Numbered from the stretch's first letter, positions 11,230 through 24,575 are shown. The stretch is 64,000 nucleotides of DNA from Mytilus californianus (GCF_021869535.1 NW_026262690.1:103602001-103666000), one strand, 5' to 3'. Made by a program: numbers and translations. The notes: generated by a model not told the origin, from the letters alone.

Positions 11230-12125
11230 CTCATTTATTCACATGATGGTCTTGATTTACAGATTCTATGTGCTGACGTTATTAACTTTACAGTGTTCAC
11301 TTTATTTGTCTTTATACTATTATGTTCCTTCTGGTCGTATGACTTTTGAAGTGACATGGAATTTGTTCATTCAGTTATCGGGTTTTTGGCTTTGGGCGTT
11401 CTTGAAGCGGGTGGGTCCAGAGGTATGATTCGGACGCACGAGGTTTTTATAGTGTTGTTTTAATTTTATATCCCTTGGTTACATATTTTACTTAATTTGT
11501 ACTTTATCGAAAAAGTGTATATGAAATTATGTTTTACTATACTGTGTTAACCGCAGAAACGTTTTTGTTGGCGTCTTTGTCAGATTTATTTGCATGTTTG
11601 TTTGATTTTGTATGTCATTTATGTTTGTATGTTTGTGATGTTTATTTTCACAGTTTTGGCTGCTGAATCCTAATTATCAGAGAGGTGTGTATACGAAATT
11701 ATGTTTTACAATACTGTGTGTATTATCAACTACAAAAATCCTTTTTTTATTGGCGTCTATGTCAGATTTATTTGTATGTTTTAATTTTTAAATCAGTTTT
11801 GGTTTCTATGATTGTGATATGTTTACACAGGTTTGGCTGCTGGGTCCCAATTATTGTCACGTTTACCAATAATGTCTGTTTGGGTTGCTCACCCAACTTT
11901 GTCAATATAACTTAACTATAAACAATTGTCATACAAGTGAGATATAAAACCAGGTTAATCCCCCATTTTCTATCGAAAATGCATGTACCAAGTCAGGAAT
12001 ATGACAGTTGATTTCCATTCATTACGTTGGTTGATATAATCGAGCGTTTGGTTTTGTCAGGTTTTATCGACTTCCCCCATTGTTGAATTACATTGGAGTT
12101 CGGTATTTTTGTCAATACTTGTTCA
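11230..12125 (+). mobile_element. 3' UTR fragment of Penelope-like family 1 with internal tandem duplication
   Basis: Begins atgatggtcttga (end of RT, compare about 8300), similar to 45013-45215 (-), ends with the about 250-bp terminal module. Confidence 0.7.
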
Positions 12126-12258
12126 CGTAGACATCAAATACTTTTGAGAGAGATAATCTAGCTAGATCATACAAATGGCTCATCTACAGTTAATGATGAT
12201 ATTATTAATTTTTACTTTAACAGTTGTACTGAAAAACATTCAGAGAGAATAATATTAC

Positions 12259-12366
12259 CTCAACACCTGTTATATTTTTCAGACTGACAACGAGTTCTTG
12301 AGCAGTGTTAGTCCAGTGTGAGGTAAATTCTGGGTTTTGATCAAGAGCTTTCACTTTCGAGAGAGG
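12259..12366 (-). CDS. Alpha/beta-hydrolase paralog 2, exon 5
   Basis: ttttag|CCT acceptor; PLSKVKALDQNPEFTSHWTNTAQELVVSLKNITGVE; GAG|GTAATA donor; 108 nt, phase 0-0. Confidence 0.8.
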
Positions 12367-12497
12367 CTAAAATGGTATAAAACATAATTCATTTGCGCTT
12401 ATGTTCAAAATACAATTATAAACAAATGCACTTGATTTTAATTTTTACAGAATTATATGATTGGTGTTAACCATTTCATTTTATTATTGTTGTGATT

Positions 12498-14040
12498 AAT
12501 AAAATTGAGAATGGAAATGGAGAATATTTCAAAGAGACAATAACCCGACCAAAGAGCAGACAACAGCCGAAGGCCACCAATGGGTCTTCAACGCAGCGAG
12601 AAAATCCCGCACCCGGTGGATGTCCTCAGCTGGCCCCTAAATAAAATTTGTACTAGTTCAGTGAAAATGGACGTCACACTAAACTCCAAAACATATAAAT
12701 GAACTAAAATTAAAAAACATACAAGACTAACAAAGGCCAGAGGCTCCTGACTTTGGACAGGCGCAAAAATGCGGCGGGGTTAAACGTATTTGTGAGATCT
12801 CAACCCTCCCCCTATACCTCTAGCCAATGTAGAATAAAGAAACACATAGCAATACGCACAGTAAAACTCAGTTTAAAAGAAGTCCGAGTCTGGTGTCAGA
12901 ATAGGTAACAAAAGAAACTTAGCAAAATGACAATGATACATAAATGAACAAAGGACTACTAGCAGTTAATGACATGCCAGCTCAAGACCTCAATTAAACT
13001 GATTGAAAGATTATGTCTTCATCATATAAAATCAAGTACAATCCCTCCCGTTAGGATTTTAGTATCATACCATCATAAAATATATGAGAAGAACATAACC
13101 CGTATCATGCCAACAACTGGTTTTAGAATAAATGTGTTTATTTCCGATGCAAAGACCCTATGAGTGAATCAATATTAATACCAAAATATGCAATCCTTAA
13201 TGACTTGACAACAGTATCGTAAGTATATCCTTTCCGAATAAGTCCGATTAAAGGTTTGGTTAGCTTTTGAGGTGAATGCCGACATTTTTGTGCTTTGTAA
13301 ACAATATTACCATAAAATATTGGATGTGAAATACCTGAACGTATATGATGTCTGCATGTTGATTTATATTTACGAATGATGTCCTTGTACCGATGATAAA
13401 ATTTAGTAAATGTTTTGAATAGTTTGTGATATCGAAAACCCTAGTGTAATAATTTTTCAATAATACAGAGATTTCTTTCGTTGAAATCAAATACGTTGTT
13501 ACATACACAAGCGAATCGAACAAGCTGAGATATATAAACACCATAAGATGGCGACAAGGGAACGTCACCATCTAAAAATGGATAATTAACAATAGGAAAT
13601 GAGAAATCATCTCTTTTATCATAAAGTTTGGTATTAAGCTTCCCGTTAAGGATAAAGATATCAAGATCCAGGAAAGGGCAGTGTTCATTGTTAGTATTAG
13701 CTTTATTTAAAGTCAGTTCGGCAGGATAAATCTCTTTAGTGTACATACTGAAGTCGTCATTTTTGAAAGCCAATATATCATCTAAATATCTAAAAGTGTT
13801 ATTAAATTTTTGAATCAGATGTTGTTTCGATGGGATTTTGCTGATTTTAGTCATAAATTGTAACTCATAACAATACAGAAACCGGTCCGCAATAAGTGGT
13901 CCACAGTTAGTCCCCTTGGGAAATCCGATAACCTGACGATATACGGAATCTCCATAGTGAACAAAAATGAACCTTTTTGTAAGACGTTTCGGTCACTTTC
14001 CAATTTCTTTCTTATCCCTCTTAACCACATAGTAGACATT
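12498..14040 (-). mobile_element. Penelope-like RT C-terminus plus about 700-nt 3' UTR (family 2)
   Basis: FRYLDDIL, LYDKRDDFSFPIVNYPFL, SYGVYISQLVRF. 3' UTR nearly identical to 41898-42551. Confidence 0.85.
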
Positions 14041-15256
14041 TCACTTGGGAAATATACTGTCTATAAAAATCTAAGTCAAAAAAGAGCATAAAAACACCAT
14101 TCCCTTAGTAAAAAGATAACAAGATCAACAACAGTTCAGATAAATACCACACAGAAAAAGATTGAACAAAGGAACACACAAATAAATCGAAGATGAACTA
14201 AGACCTCCAAAAAGGTAACAGTTTCTGCTGAACTTGTTATACCCTCCTTGTTCCTGATGACATATACACCCAATGATAAGTCGCATTGGTTAATAGTCAT
14301 TCGCCCAAACACCCTTCCCCAAATCCTGCTTAACCCCTCATTACAATTTGTTGTTTTCAGAATCTTTACAATAAAACGTCATTGTGCATCTATTTTGTTT
14401 TTATCCTAATTATTTTGGGTGTTCTATAAGCTAAATTATAAACTTGCACATTGCTTTATGTAAGACCGGTTGGTATCTTTTTGTGAGTACCTCTAGTAGT
14501 AAACTAGGTCAGGAGATATAAGGATTGAGTCAGAGGGTTTATTCCTTGAATGCCTACACCTTTTGATCTGCTGACAAAATACAGGTAAAAAAATGTAGGC
14601 ATTCAAGGAATAGTGTCTTATCAAAATTAAGTGTAATCAAAATAAACAGTAATCATAATCTGTGCAGGCAAGATGAGTTTCCTAATTAAAATTTCAGGCA
14701 ATATTTTTATTTTCCTGTTTGTTTGCAATAAATTAATATTTTGTATTTTTTTCTGTATGTTTGAAATGATTTTTTTTAAAGGAATGATAAAAACACTCTT
14801 CTTTGACAGCTCAGTAAATGTTAACGAAAGATAACTAGAATAAGGAATATATATTTATTCGTGTTCAATTGATAAAGAATATAGGTAATGTGGTATGGGT
14901 TTTATTCATTGTTGAAGGCCGTACGGTGACCTATAGTTGTTAATTTCTGTGTCATTTGGTCTCTTGTGGAGAGTTGTCTCATTCGCAATCATACCACATT
15001 TTCTTATTTTTATATTTAAACAGTCGTTCTTTCATTTATTTGTTTCAATTTTAATTTCTTACTTTGAATTTTAATGCTATTTTTCTTATTATTAATTTTT
15101 AACTTAAAAATTAAATATTATTATTGCATTTCATTTAAATTAAATGTTTATATAAAAAAAAAGATATTTTTATGGTGAAAAATAATTTTTACCTTTAAAC
15201 TACTTTTTTCCTAACTATTAAATTTTGTTCTAAAACAACACCAATTCATTAAAACA

Positions 15257-15518
15257 TTGATTGATTGATTGTTGGTGTTTTAACGCCATTTTTAAGCGCC
15301 ACATTTGGGCTATTTCGTGGCGGCCAGTTTTTATTGGTGGAGGAAGCCGGAGTGCCCAGAGAAAACCACCGACCTTCGATAGGAAAACTGACAATCCTAG
15401 TCAATTAAGATTGGAGTCGAGTGCACCGGCACCAGCGGGGTTCGAACTCGCAACCTCAGTGTTGACTGTCTAGTGATTACAGTAGTAACTACTTAGACCA
15501 CTCGGCCACCGAGGCCCC
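15257..15518 (-). mobile_element. Full-length tRNA-derived SINE with V-domain-like core
   Basis: A box GTGGCCGAGTGG, B box GTTCGAACC, central GGTTTTCTCTGGGCACTCCGGCTTCCTCC, (CAAT)n tail, 12-bp TSD TTCATTAAAACA (15245-15256, 15519-15530). Partial copy at about 19560-19690. Confidence 0.9.
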
Positions 15519-15996
15519 TTCATTAAAACAACATCTATTCTTTTTTTTTTGGTAGGCATTCGAGGAATAGATTTTCTATAAAATGTAGGCATTCCAGGAA
15601 GAGTCCAGGAAGACACCAGTCAGAGAACAGAAGAAAATTTAATGTGAGTAGTTGTCATTCTGACAATACGGTTTTAAATGTTTTAACGCTACTACAATTT
15701 TGACTTTCATGGACACTGTTGATTGTTAACTCTAGATTTCTAAAAATGAAACTTGCTAATTAGTAGATCGAGTATAAATTTAGTGGAAACGTAGATCCCA
15801 CATTGCAGTGTTTGATATTCCAATGATCAGAATAAAAAAACTTTACTACGTAAGTTTGTTGCTGAGTTTTCCTATATTTGATATATAAATACTAGATAAC
15901 TTTACTTAAAGACTACTAAGATCAAACAAAAACTCTATCATTGTATTGACAGTTTCACCATATTTATTACTTTATCAATAGCCTTATTATATTCAC

Positions 15997-16279
15997 CTGC
16001 ATCATTGTAGTGGTTTTAGTATAACCGTCTTCCAAGATATTTTCGGCTTGCGTTACATTGGTATCTGTATCATTTCTGACAACTACCATGAATGCGTTCG
16101 AGTAATTAGCTATGGTATTATATGCTACAGATTGAGATACTTCTGGATTTAGATCATGATCAGTTACAGTTTTTGGTAATTGACCCGACGCGAACTGTCC
16201 GTGATTTATGCTCTCCATTACTATTACAGGTGTCCTGTATATTTGCTCTGGATCGCTTTTCACGTCTTCTTGGAGTTCC
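15997..16279 (-). CDS. Alpha/beta-hydrolase paralog 2, exon 4 (catalytic His, NHGQF)
   Basis: tttcag|G acceptor; ELQEDVKSDPEQIYRTPVIVMESINHGQFASG...TKTTTMMQ; CAG|GTGAAT donor; 283 nt. Confidence 0.9.
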
Positions 16280-16359
16280 CTGAAATAAAAACCAATATTG
16301 TCATTTTTTAAACCTTGCTGTATTGGAAAAAATAGTAAAACGGACATGACAAATACGAT

Positions 16360-16620
16360 AAATGGAAGATCTCAATTCTTTTTTTTTGTACGGCAATGTT
16401 CCATATGGCGCATTTTATGCCGTGTTTATTTCACAACTGGTACGGTTTGCTAGAACGTGTTCTAATGTAGCTTACTATAATCGTAACATTGCATTAACAC
16501 AGAAATGACTTTTACTGAAACCACAGACTCCTGAAGACTTTCTACAAATCTAACAGTCGGTATCAGCATCTTATTACATGTATTAAACATAATGTTTCTC
16601 GTAAAAATGAATACTATTAG
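16360..16620 (+). mobile_element. Decayed Penelope-like RT thumb fragment
   Basis: GNVPYGAFYAVFISQLVRFARTCSN readable across frameshifts. Confidence 0.65.
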
Positions 16621-17833
16621 ACGGCGTTTCTCGTCGTACCTTAAGGATGTACTTAGGTCAGGTTTATGAATTTTTGTCAGATATTCGGACTACTTGGGTT
16701 TTTTCCTACGATACAGGGTAAAATATTTTGCCCCATATCACCCACTTGTCTTTTCATAGAAGACTTCAATGGCTCATAAAAAATATTAAAATTTAAGCAG
16801 ATTTTAGATTTTTGTCTTGCGATTTGAGACCAATGCCAATGCTATACATAAGGTGAAAGTCCAAGTCAGCCTTTTTCCGCCATTTTTTAAAACTCAAATA
16901 TCGCATAAGTTCCATAACCTATCAATATTTTTAGCTTATTTTGTTCCTTTACTAATGCTCTTCTGAATTATAGTATCAATTTTAAATTCTAGATTTTTTT
17001 AAATTTCACCTAAATATATCCTTAAATAAAGTCGTTCATAGAACTAATACACTGCAAATGATATAAACTCGCGAAATTTCTTAAAAAAATAAAACATCAA
17101 AGGTTACATGCGTCATAGACTCCCTTATTCAGTACAAAAAAAACTTTCTTCCGATGGTATGACCTTCCTCATTTTTGAACTGTTTTCAAAATAATGTGCC
17201 GTTTTAAATTTCATTTGTTTAAACTTCAAATTAGTGGTCGTCCTGTAAGCTGCTCTGTGCGTTTTAGTTTTACGACAAATGTATGGTCTAGATATAAGCA
17301 AAGGTGCAGGTTTGTTTGCACGTTAAACTGATTAAAATCACCACATGTTGTGCATGTGCAAAGTCTTTCTGATCCATGTGTTGTTCATAGTTTTCTGAGC
17401 TTGTTTGTATGTTTGGGGTTTTTTTTCGGAGTAGTCTGGTGGTTGATGGTCTTCTGTTTTTGGCGAATTTTTTTTATCCTTTTTATGTTTCATTCTTATA
17501 TTATAGTTATGAAAGTGTAATTTTGTCTGTATTTTCCCCGATTAGAAAACTGAACAATTACCAATTTATGTCTTGTTAACGTTATACATGCTTCCATACA
17601 GGATTCTTATCAAGTCCTTTTACATAAAATGTAGCAAGCTTTTCAAATGTATTAAACGATTTGATCTTTATTTAGTTTTTAAATGTTTAACTTCTTATCC
17701 TTTATATGGTTGCTACTGTTTCATGGCTAATATTTGCTGTTACCTTTAACTTACACATTAATTGTCGCCAAGGCAACAGTTACTAGTATATGAAAATAAA
17801 AACAAACAAATAGTGTTTAAAAATTAATCTCAC

Positions 17834-18008
17834 TCGAACGTATCTACGATTCTGGTTATTCTAGTTAATCCATCTAGGTCACCGCTAATGGTCAGAACCG
17901 GAAATGGATACTCTTTAAGTTTGTTGTTCTTTGTAATGTATGATGCAAACAACAACACTCCATCTAAAATATGGTTCGCTTTTTGTCCATAAAGGGCTGC
18001 AACTTCAC
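17834..18008 (-). CDS. Alpha/beta-hydrolase paralog 2, exon 3 (catalytic Asp, GDLDG)
   Basis: ttctag|GT acceptor; EVAALYGQKANHILDGVLLFASYITKNNKLKEYPFPVLTISGDLDGLTRITRIVDTF; GA|GTGAGA donor; phases match both neighbours. Confidence 0.9.
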
Positions 18009-18489
18009 CTAGAATTAAACTTAGCATATAGTTGGTGTTACTGCAAATTAAAATAGAGGATATAGCTATTTTTAGTCGGGTTTGCTAAATTTTTATGACA
18101 AAGAATTGGCTAAAACTTACTTACGAACATTTTCAGCTACTGTTAATTGTCATTGAGCAAATTAAGCTTGAGTTAATTCCCGCTCTTGAGCTATGTACTA
18201 CGATGCTGCTTTCGTTGCTAGTCAGTTAATGTCCTACAAATATCCCTTATATTCCTTATAATTACTACTATATTAAAATCTTTCATCAGATTTTCATACA
18301 AAACATCGTTCAACCTTATTTCTTTTCAAATTATATGCACACCTTTTCCTCACGCGCGTGAATTGTTTCGGTGCGGAAAATTGGGAGGTAGTTATGGAAC
18401 GAAAAATGTCATGGAAAAAGACCGTATGAATTGGAAGTAGACTTTATAAGTTTGCTTAATTTGTGTAGCTTGACTACACAAATAAAAAA

Positions 18490-19388
18490 TAACTGGAAAT
18501 TTATATACGATCCGGGTAAACTTATCAATCCTTTGAATAAACTTATTCTAAAAGGTTACCAATTCAACACTGTAATTAGAACTTTGAATATTGTTTTCAT
18601 TGGTAAAATATTGATTTTGTTATCAGTAAATCAAAATCATACTAAATAGTTTTGTTATACACATATGCACTTTAACGGTACTACAATCTGTCGATACCTT
18701 TATTTTAGTTTTGCACAAGGTCATGTTTTTCTCTGACTGTTAATGACGTCTTTACACTAAATTCATTGGATGTTGGATGTGTACTGATTGATATTTTAGT
18801 CTTAGATACATGATTTTTCTATTAGTTGTTATTGGCTTTGAACTAGCTGTCATTAACTGCGTGTACTCTCAGATCTGTACTTAGTGTCCTTTTGTGTTGT
18901 TCGGGTAGAGGGATGGATAAATACCCTGCCACGTCCGGTCTGTGTTTATGTTGATGTGTTTCTGCTTTGTATCGATCTGATGAGTTAAGCCTTTTTCAAC
19001 TGGTTTTTATAGTTTGTTCTTATGTTGTGCTGTTACACCACTGCAGTCGTTTAAGGGGAGGATTGACCGCTAAAATACATGTCTAACCCCGCCACATTCT
19101 TTATGTGCCTATCCCAAGTCAAGAGCCTGTAGTTCAGTGGTTGTCGTTGGTTCATGTCTGTCATATTTGTTTTTCGTTAATTATTTTGTTATAAATTAGG
19201 CCTTTAGTTTTCTTAATTGAATTGTTTCATATTTTTCATATCGGGGCCTTTTATAGCCGACTATACAGTATGGATTTTTCTCAATGTTGAATGCCGTACG
19301 GTTGTCTAAATTGCATACATCCACTTTATTTGAACTTTGGTGGATATTTGTCTCATTGGCAATCATACCTCATCTCCTTATTTTTATA
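18490..19388 (+). mobile_element. Penelope-like C-terminus plus 3' UTR (family 3)
   Basis: KLINPLNKLILKGYQFNTVIRTLNIVFIG resembles the family-2 C-terminus. Its terminal segment recurs at 14890-15013, 23210-23462, 29455-29620 (-) and about 44300-44360. Confidence 0.7.
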
Positions 19389-19782
19389 TAGGAGGATTTT
19401 TCTTGGGTGTTTTCTTTTTCATAACATATGGTCATTACAGGCAAAGGAGTAGGTTTGTACGCACGTAAAATTGATTTATCCCAAACACCGCGGTTTCTTG
19501 CCTTCCAAGTAAGGATATCTGGACCATAATTATGTTGTTTGTTGTTATTAATCTTTTTAGGCCAGTTTTAATTGATGGAGGAAGCCGGTGTGCCCGGAGA
19601 GAACCACCACCTTTCGGCAGAAAAACTGACAATCCTAGACAATAAAGATTGGAGTCGAAGGCACCTGCTTCGTGCCTGGTTCGAAATGATCTTAAATTAA
19701 CATTGCATAAAAAGTATATCAATAATTAAATATCTATAACATGGCGTGGTTATATTTACAGTGTAATAATATCAGATTATTA

Positions 19783-19904
19783 CATGGCATTTTTCATATC
19801 AGATGTATTATCAGCCCAAGGTTTAATATCAGCCCAAGAGCCGAAGGCTCGAGGGCTGATATTGACCGAAGGCTGATAATACATCTGATATGAAAAATGA
19901 CATG
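19783..19904. repeat. Inverted repeat (about 34-bp arms) inside a larger repeat in hydrolase intron 2
   Basis: CATGGCATTTTTCATATCAGATGTATTATCAGCC / GGCTGATAATACATCTGATATGAAAAATGACATG with an inner GAGCC-GAA-GGCTC hairpin. Confidence 0.75.
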
Positions 19905-20396
19905 TTATGATCTTTTTATCATATGCTTCAACAATGGAGAAAAATAACAATTTTATTTTTATTGACGATAAAAAAAAATCAACAAAACATGATGAACATT
20001 GTTTCGAAAGGTCAACATTTGTAAAGTAACTTTTTAAATTATGCTGGAAACTTTGAAAAACGCATTTATTGTATCATTTGGTTTTTTTTTTGCATTTTAC
20101 ATTATATATTTTCCTGTTCCATAATAATTGTTTTGTACCCTACTTTGTTATGTTTTTCACTGAAAACATACCATTGAGGTGTATTTTCCGGAATTTACCG
20201 AGTAACGCCGGAATGCCATGCGATAACGTTACGGAGAGGTATGTGATAATAGACGGAAGCATGTGATAAATTTTTCATATCAGCCCGCTAAACACCATTT
20301 CGGAAAATATGGAATTTACGTACATTTCATGCTATTATCATACAGTAAAAAATATAAGTTATTTACTCTAAGTATATGATAATATAATATGCATAC

Positions 20397-20573
20397 CTCC
20401 AAGACTATGTCCAGCCAAGAACACTTTCTTCCCTTTATAACCTGCCTTTAGTAACTCATTAACAGCTTTTTTAAATACTATAGGAAGCTGGAGTGGGTTA
20501 GGAAGTTTATTAAAAAATCCGTCTAGCAAGGCAACCCATAACTTCAGATTACTATTCTTCTGAATAACTTGAG
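20397..20573 (-). CDS. Alpha/beta-hydrolase paralog 2, exon 2 (nucleophile elbow GHSLGG)
   Basis: ccacag|CT acceptor; AQVIQKNSNLKLWVALLDGFFNKLPNPLQLPIVFKKAVNELLKAGYKGKKVFLAGHSLGG; G|GTATGC donor; 177 nt; missed by the ORF track. Confidence 0.9.
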
Positions 20574-22156
20574 CTGTGGAAAAATAATGTTAGTTACAGC
20601 TTAGCAGTAAGTAATAATTTAAACATATATCATACGCAAACGGGAAAGTAAAATGTAAGGACTTAAGAGTTATTAAAAGAATTAGTAGTTTGTTCCAGTT
20701 TTTATCTGTAGCCTTTTTGCACTTCAAAATTGAAAATTAGAATTGTGGGAAAAATCAATTTTATGCGAAAATCTGCATGATTTTGCTGTAGAAACAGAAA
20801 AATATGCAATTATAGAATCGTTGTTTTTTTATAAGAATTTGACAACGTACTTATAATAACAGATGTACATTAATGAGAAAAACGTTTTATGTAACAACAG
20901 TGAATCAAGTTATAACATTTGATTTGGTAAACCCGCGTTTTTTAATGTATCGAAAACGGCATACGGCATCATTCAGGGCATCATCAATGATTCTTCCGCC
21001 TTAAAAAATCATAGCAATTCTTACTCACATAAATATATTAAGGCATCACTTTATCAGAACAACAATTTGACGTGATCCGAAAAGTAGTTCTGAAAAAGTA
21101 TTCTCCCACTCTCACCAGAAATATACTACACAAGTTAGGGGTTGTTAAGCGCCCGCCATCCGGCTAACATGTTTAACCCCGTCACTTTCTGGATGTGTCT
21201 GTTACAAATCAGGAGCAGGTTATTCAGTAATGTATATCATATTTGTTTTTCTTTTGCCGCTATGATCCATGAACAAACAAGTTTAAAGAAGATATCTAAG
21301 CAAAGACAGAATAATTGTTATGTTAAGTCTTCAGTGTCAGTCACCAAATTTATGTGCAGATCTCTGTGAGCCGCTGATTTTCATGTGTTCATAGGTGCGC
21401 TTAAAGCTATCATCAATAATACAAAAAAGTTGTCATCGTAATATTAAAACAAAAACGTTTTCCTCGTTATTTAGATTAAAGAAATGTGTAAACCTTTTTC
21501 CACATAATACTGACATAAAGCAATTTTGAGCGCATGGAAGTTAAAAAATTGAGCTCTAGAATCATGCAAAATCAGTCGTGCCGAGATGAATATCACCTGT
21601 TATCTACAAAAGCATTATTTTAACAAGATTGTAACACATTGTAACTCAAGAAATTAAGCTCATAGATTTTGGAAAATTCTTTAGAATGCACAGTTTCTTT
21701 TTTCCGCTAGTCTAGCAGTGTCCTTTAAATAATTTTCATTGTAATTGAAGAACTTATTGTCAAAGGATCCCGATGGCTTCATTGTTTGGTTTCTTTACCT
21801 TTTAGCATTTTCCAAATTTACATTGATAAAAGACTTATTTCACTTACATTTTAAATAAAAAGAGTTTTCTGTTGTGATAATAATAATTAAGTTCTCAAAG
21901 ATTTTAAATCAATAAGTTACTGTTATGTGTTACCTAGTCTGAAAGAATTCTGTAGTACCGTTTCCTTGATCAAGTCACATGACCTTAATCTAGTTCAATG
22001 TCAGAAATACATTTCCAAGATCAAAACTGTTTTTGTGGATTTAAAATCTATTTGTTTGTTCTATGACAACTCGTTGCAGTCTAAAATGCAGGGTTTTTTT
22101 TCTTTCTTTCAAATACAATGTAATGGCCCCTAAATTTTACTTATCAGTAGCCTTAC

Positions 22157-22313
22157 CTAAAGGTTTGTATGCTGCACCTGTAATATATGCTCCAGGGACG
22201 ATAACTAAGGCAGCTTCTGGTCCTGTGCTGTTTGGTTTTAAAATTTCTACAGACAGACTCGAACAGAAATGAAATTGCAAAACAGCAAACGATGCCAAAT
22301 AAAGAATTTTCAT
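22157..22313 (-). CDS. Secreted alpha/beta-hydrolase paralog 2, exon 1 of 7
   Basis: MKILYLASFAVLQFHFCSSLSVEILKPNSTGPEAALVIVPGAYITGAAYKPL, hydrophobic signal peptide, G|GTAAGG donor. Confidence 0.9.
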
Positions 22314-24363
22314 TTTGTCTGGACTGTCTGGCACAGATAACGTTTGTGATGTCTTATCGAATTAAACGTAGCGCTGACTAACATTACCATGTGTTGGTTT
22401 CCACTTACATGTATAGATACAGATTACAGGAAATTAGGTTTTTGAAATTTTGTTGTGGTAAATTTCAAACTCTAAGGCAAAGTATACGAAATTAGCCGGT
22501 ATTTGGGATATTTGAAGAAATTAGAACTCATTGAACCACATCTGACAATGAAAAAGAATACTATGTACAGTTTATACTCCCATAGGTACAATCACTTAAC
22601 AGTTTATCAAATAGACCTAAATATATATAGAATGTACGTTTAAAGCGGTAGGTAAAAGTGTTTTCTCTATAAGTTGTGATTAAGTTCTGTCCACAAAACA
22701 TTACTTAGTATTTCAAAATGGTATATTAATTGCTGTGATCATTGTTTAAAGATGGGGAAATATTAAGGGGTTTCCGGTTTCGTTTTTGCTTTTTTGATCA
22801 TTTGAGTATCAAAAATGTATGCAAAATTTACAATGATACACTACGATTTTGCAGCTGTGGTCGTCGTCACGACGTTTCATTTTGTGCTTTGACGTTTTTT
22901 TTATGTTTAAGTTCATTTAAGTCCCAACTCTTATATGAACCTGACCTAAGTCCTTCTCTTGTTTTAGGTACTTTAAATGGGTTCGTTTTTAGTTTTGTAG
23001 CTCCTTGTATATTTATACGCATTTTGGCATTTCGGTGCGCTCTTGGTAATCAAAATGCGCTCTAACACAGCTGATTCGATATGACGGAACAATTTTCCAG
23101 GATAGTAAATTACTATAATTTCTGCAAAAGAAAAAAATAATTTTTTTTATAGCACATTTGACAAAAGCTACATACACATGCAGTTGATTTTGAAAATAAC
23201 CACATTGTCATTGTTTCATGTCTGTCATATTTGTTTTTCGTAAATTGTTTTGTTATAAATTAGCCATTTAGTATTCTAAATTGAATCGTTTAATATTTCT
23301 CATTTCGGAGCCTTTTAAAGCCAACTATACGATATGGGTTTTTCTTTTTTTTTCTTTTTGTTGAAAGCCGTAAGGTTACTTATAATTGATTGCATCCACT
23401 TCATTTGAACTTCAGTGGATAGTTGACTCATTGGCAAACATACCACATCTCCTTGTTTTGATATAGGCTGTGTTATTCGAAAAGAAAGCACTGGACTGAA
23501 ACGAATTCGTGTATTCTATAATTTCTTAACAGTTACTGTAAGCAACCCGAAAGTCTATCTAACCATGCTTCAGTCGGAAGTATTAATTTGTTATTTTTGC
23601 CGTACCGAAAAATATCATAAACGACTACGTCATTAAAGTCATTTTTTTATAATATGGTAAACAAGGATTCACTACTTGAAAAAAATAAATCTGTTCAGTA
23701 AAATTTGATTATAATTATAATTATGGATTTCAAATCAAGTATTTAAATTTTGCAAAGCTTCACCTTTTCTTAGATCTTAGATAGTATATTCCTCGTACAA
23801 TCCGATAAGTAACAGTAAATCATTGTGACTTTAAGAAAAATTAGCATATAGAGAAATCCTTTTTCTTTTATATCATATTATATGTAATATACTGGAATGT
23901 TTGCTCAAAAACTTAATCCACTATATAACTACTTTTCGATATTGTAAAGAAATACGAAGCACAAACTTAATATCGAACTTTGAAAAAATGATTGAATTTG
24001 AGGTGAATAAAAACACTGCCGAATTTTATCACCTACCAATATTATATATGTTTGTCCAACTGAAATAATCTAAATATTGAAGTAGTTCATTCAAACTAGA
24101 GTACATACAAGGGGTTTTGTTTGCAGAAGTACGTCAGATGAATGCAAATCTTAATCCATATAGAAAAAAACTTGGCACGGGATTAGATCGAGTGTAGACT
24201 TGTACATAGTACCTGACATTTAATTACATATCTATATCATATCTCTATTTATAAGATCGGATATGTATACCCGAATATTGTGATATTTATTTTGAAATGT
24301 TTTGATTTGTTTATTTATTTATTCATGTGTTTATTTGTTTATGTTTGTGTTTAAAACTACAAT

Positions 24364-24575
24364 ATGGGTGCATTAAAATCGAAATTCAAAGGATCTAAAT
24401 CTAAATCTAACAAAAAGGCGAACACGAAGATTCATTTACCAGAATCAAGTTCAGCTAAGAAAACTGTTGATCCGAGGTTGCCATTCCAGACATACAGGCA
24501 GATATTCAGTCTGAGAAATGCATGGAAAGCGGTGACCCGTTCTATGGAGGAAACTGCGAAAGAAAACCTTATGAG
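24364..24575 (+). CDS. Globin exon 1 (MG/polybasic N-terminal extension, A and B helices)
   Basis: MGALKSKFKGSKSKSNKK...DPRLPFQTYRQIFSLRNAWKAVTRSMEETAKENLM; AG|GTAAC phase-2 donor at the canonical B12.2 position; A-helix Trp present. Confidence 0.88.

Noticed and set aside
15420-15518. tRNA gene
   Set aside because: A/B boxes are present but run into a SINE body, tail and TSD; no clean cloverleaf. The same applies to 50225-50310.
18977-18983. CTGATGA as another hammerhead core
   Set aside because: No downstream stem II plus GAAA.
22742-23065. 107-aa ORF between the hydrolase and globin
   Set aside because: Low-complexity Phe/Leu-rich translation typical of antisense or non-coding AT-rich DNA; no homology recognised.
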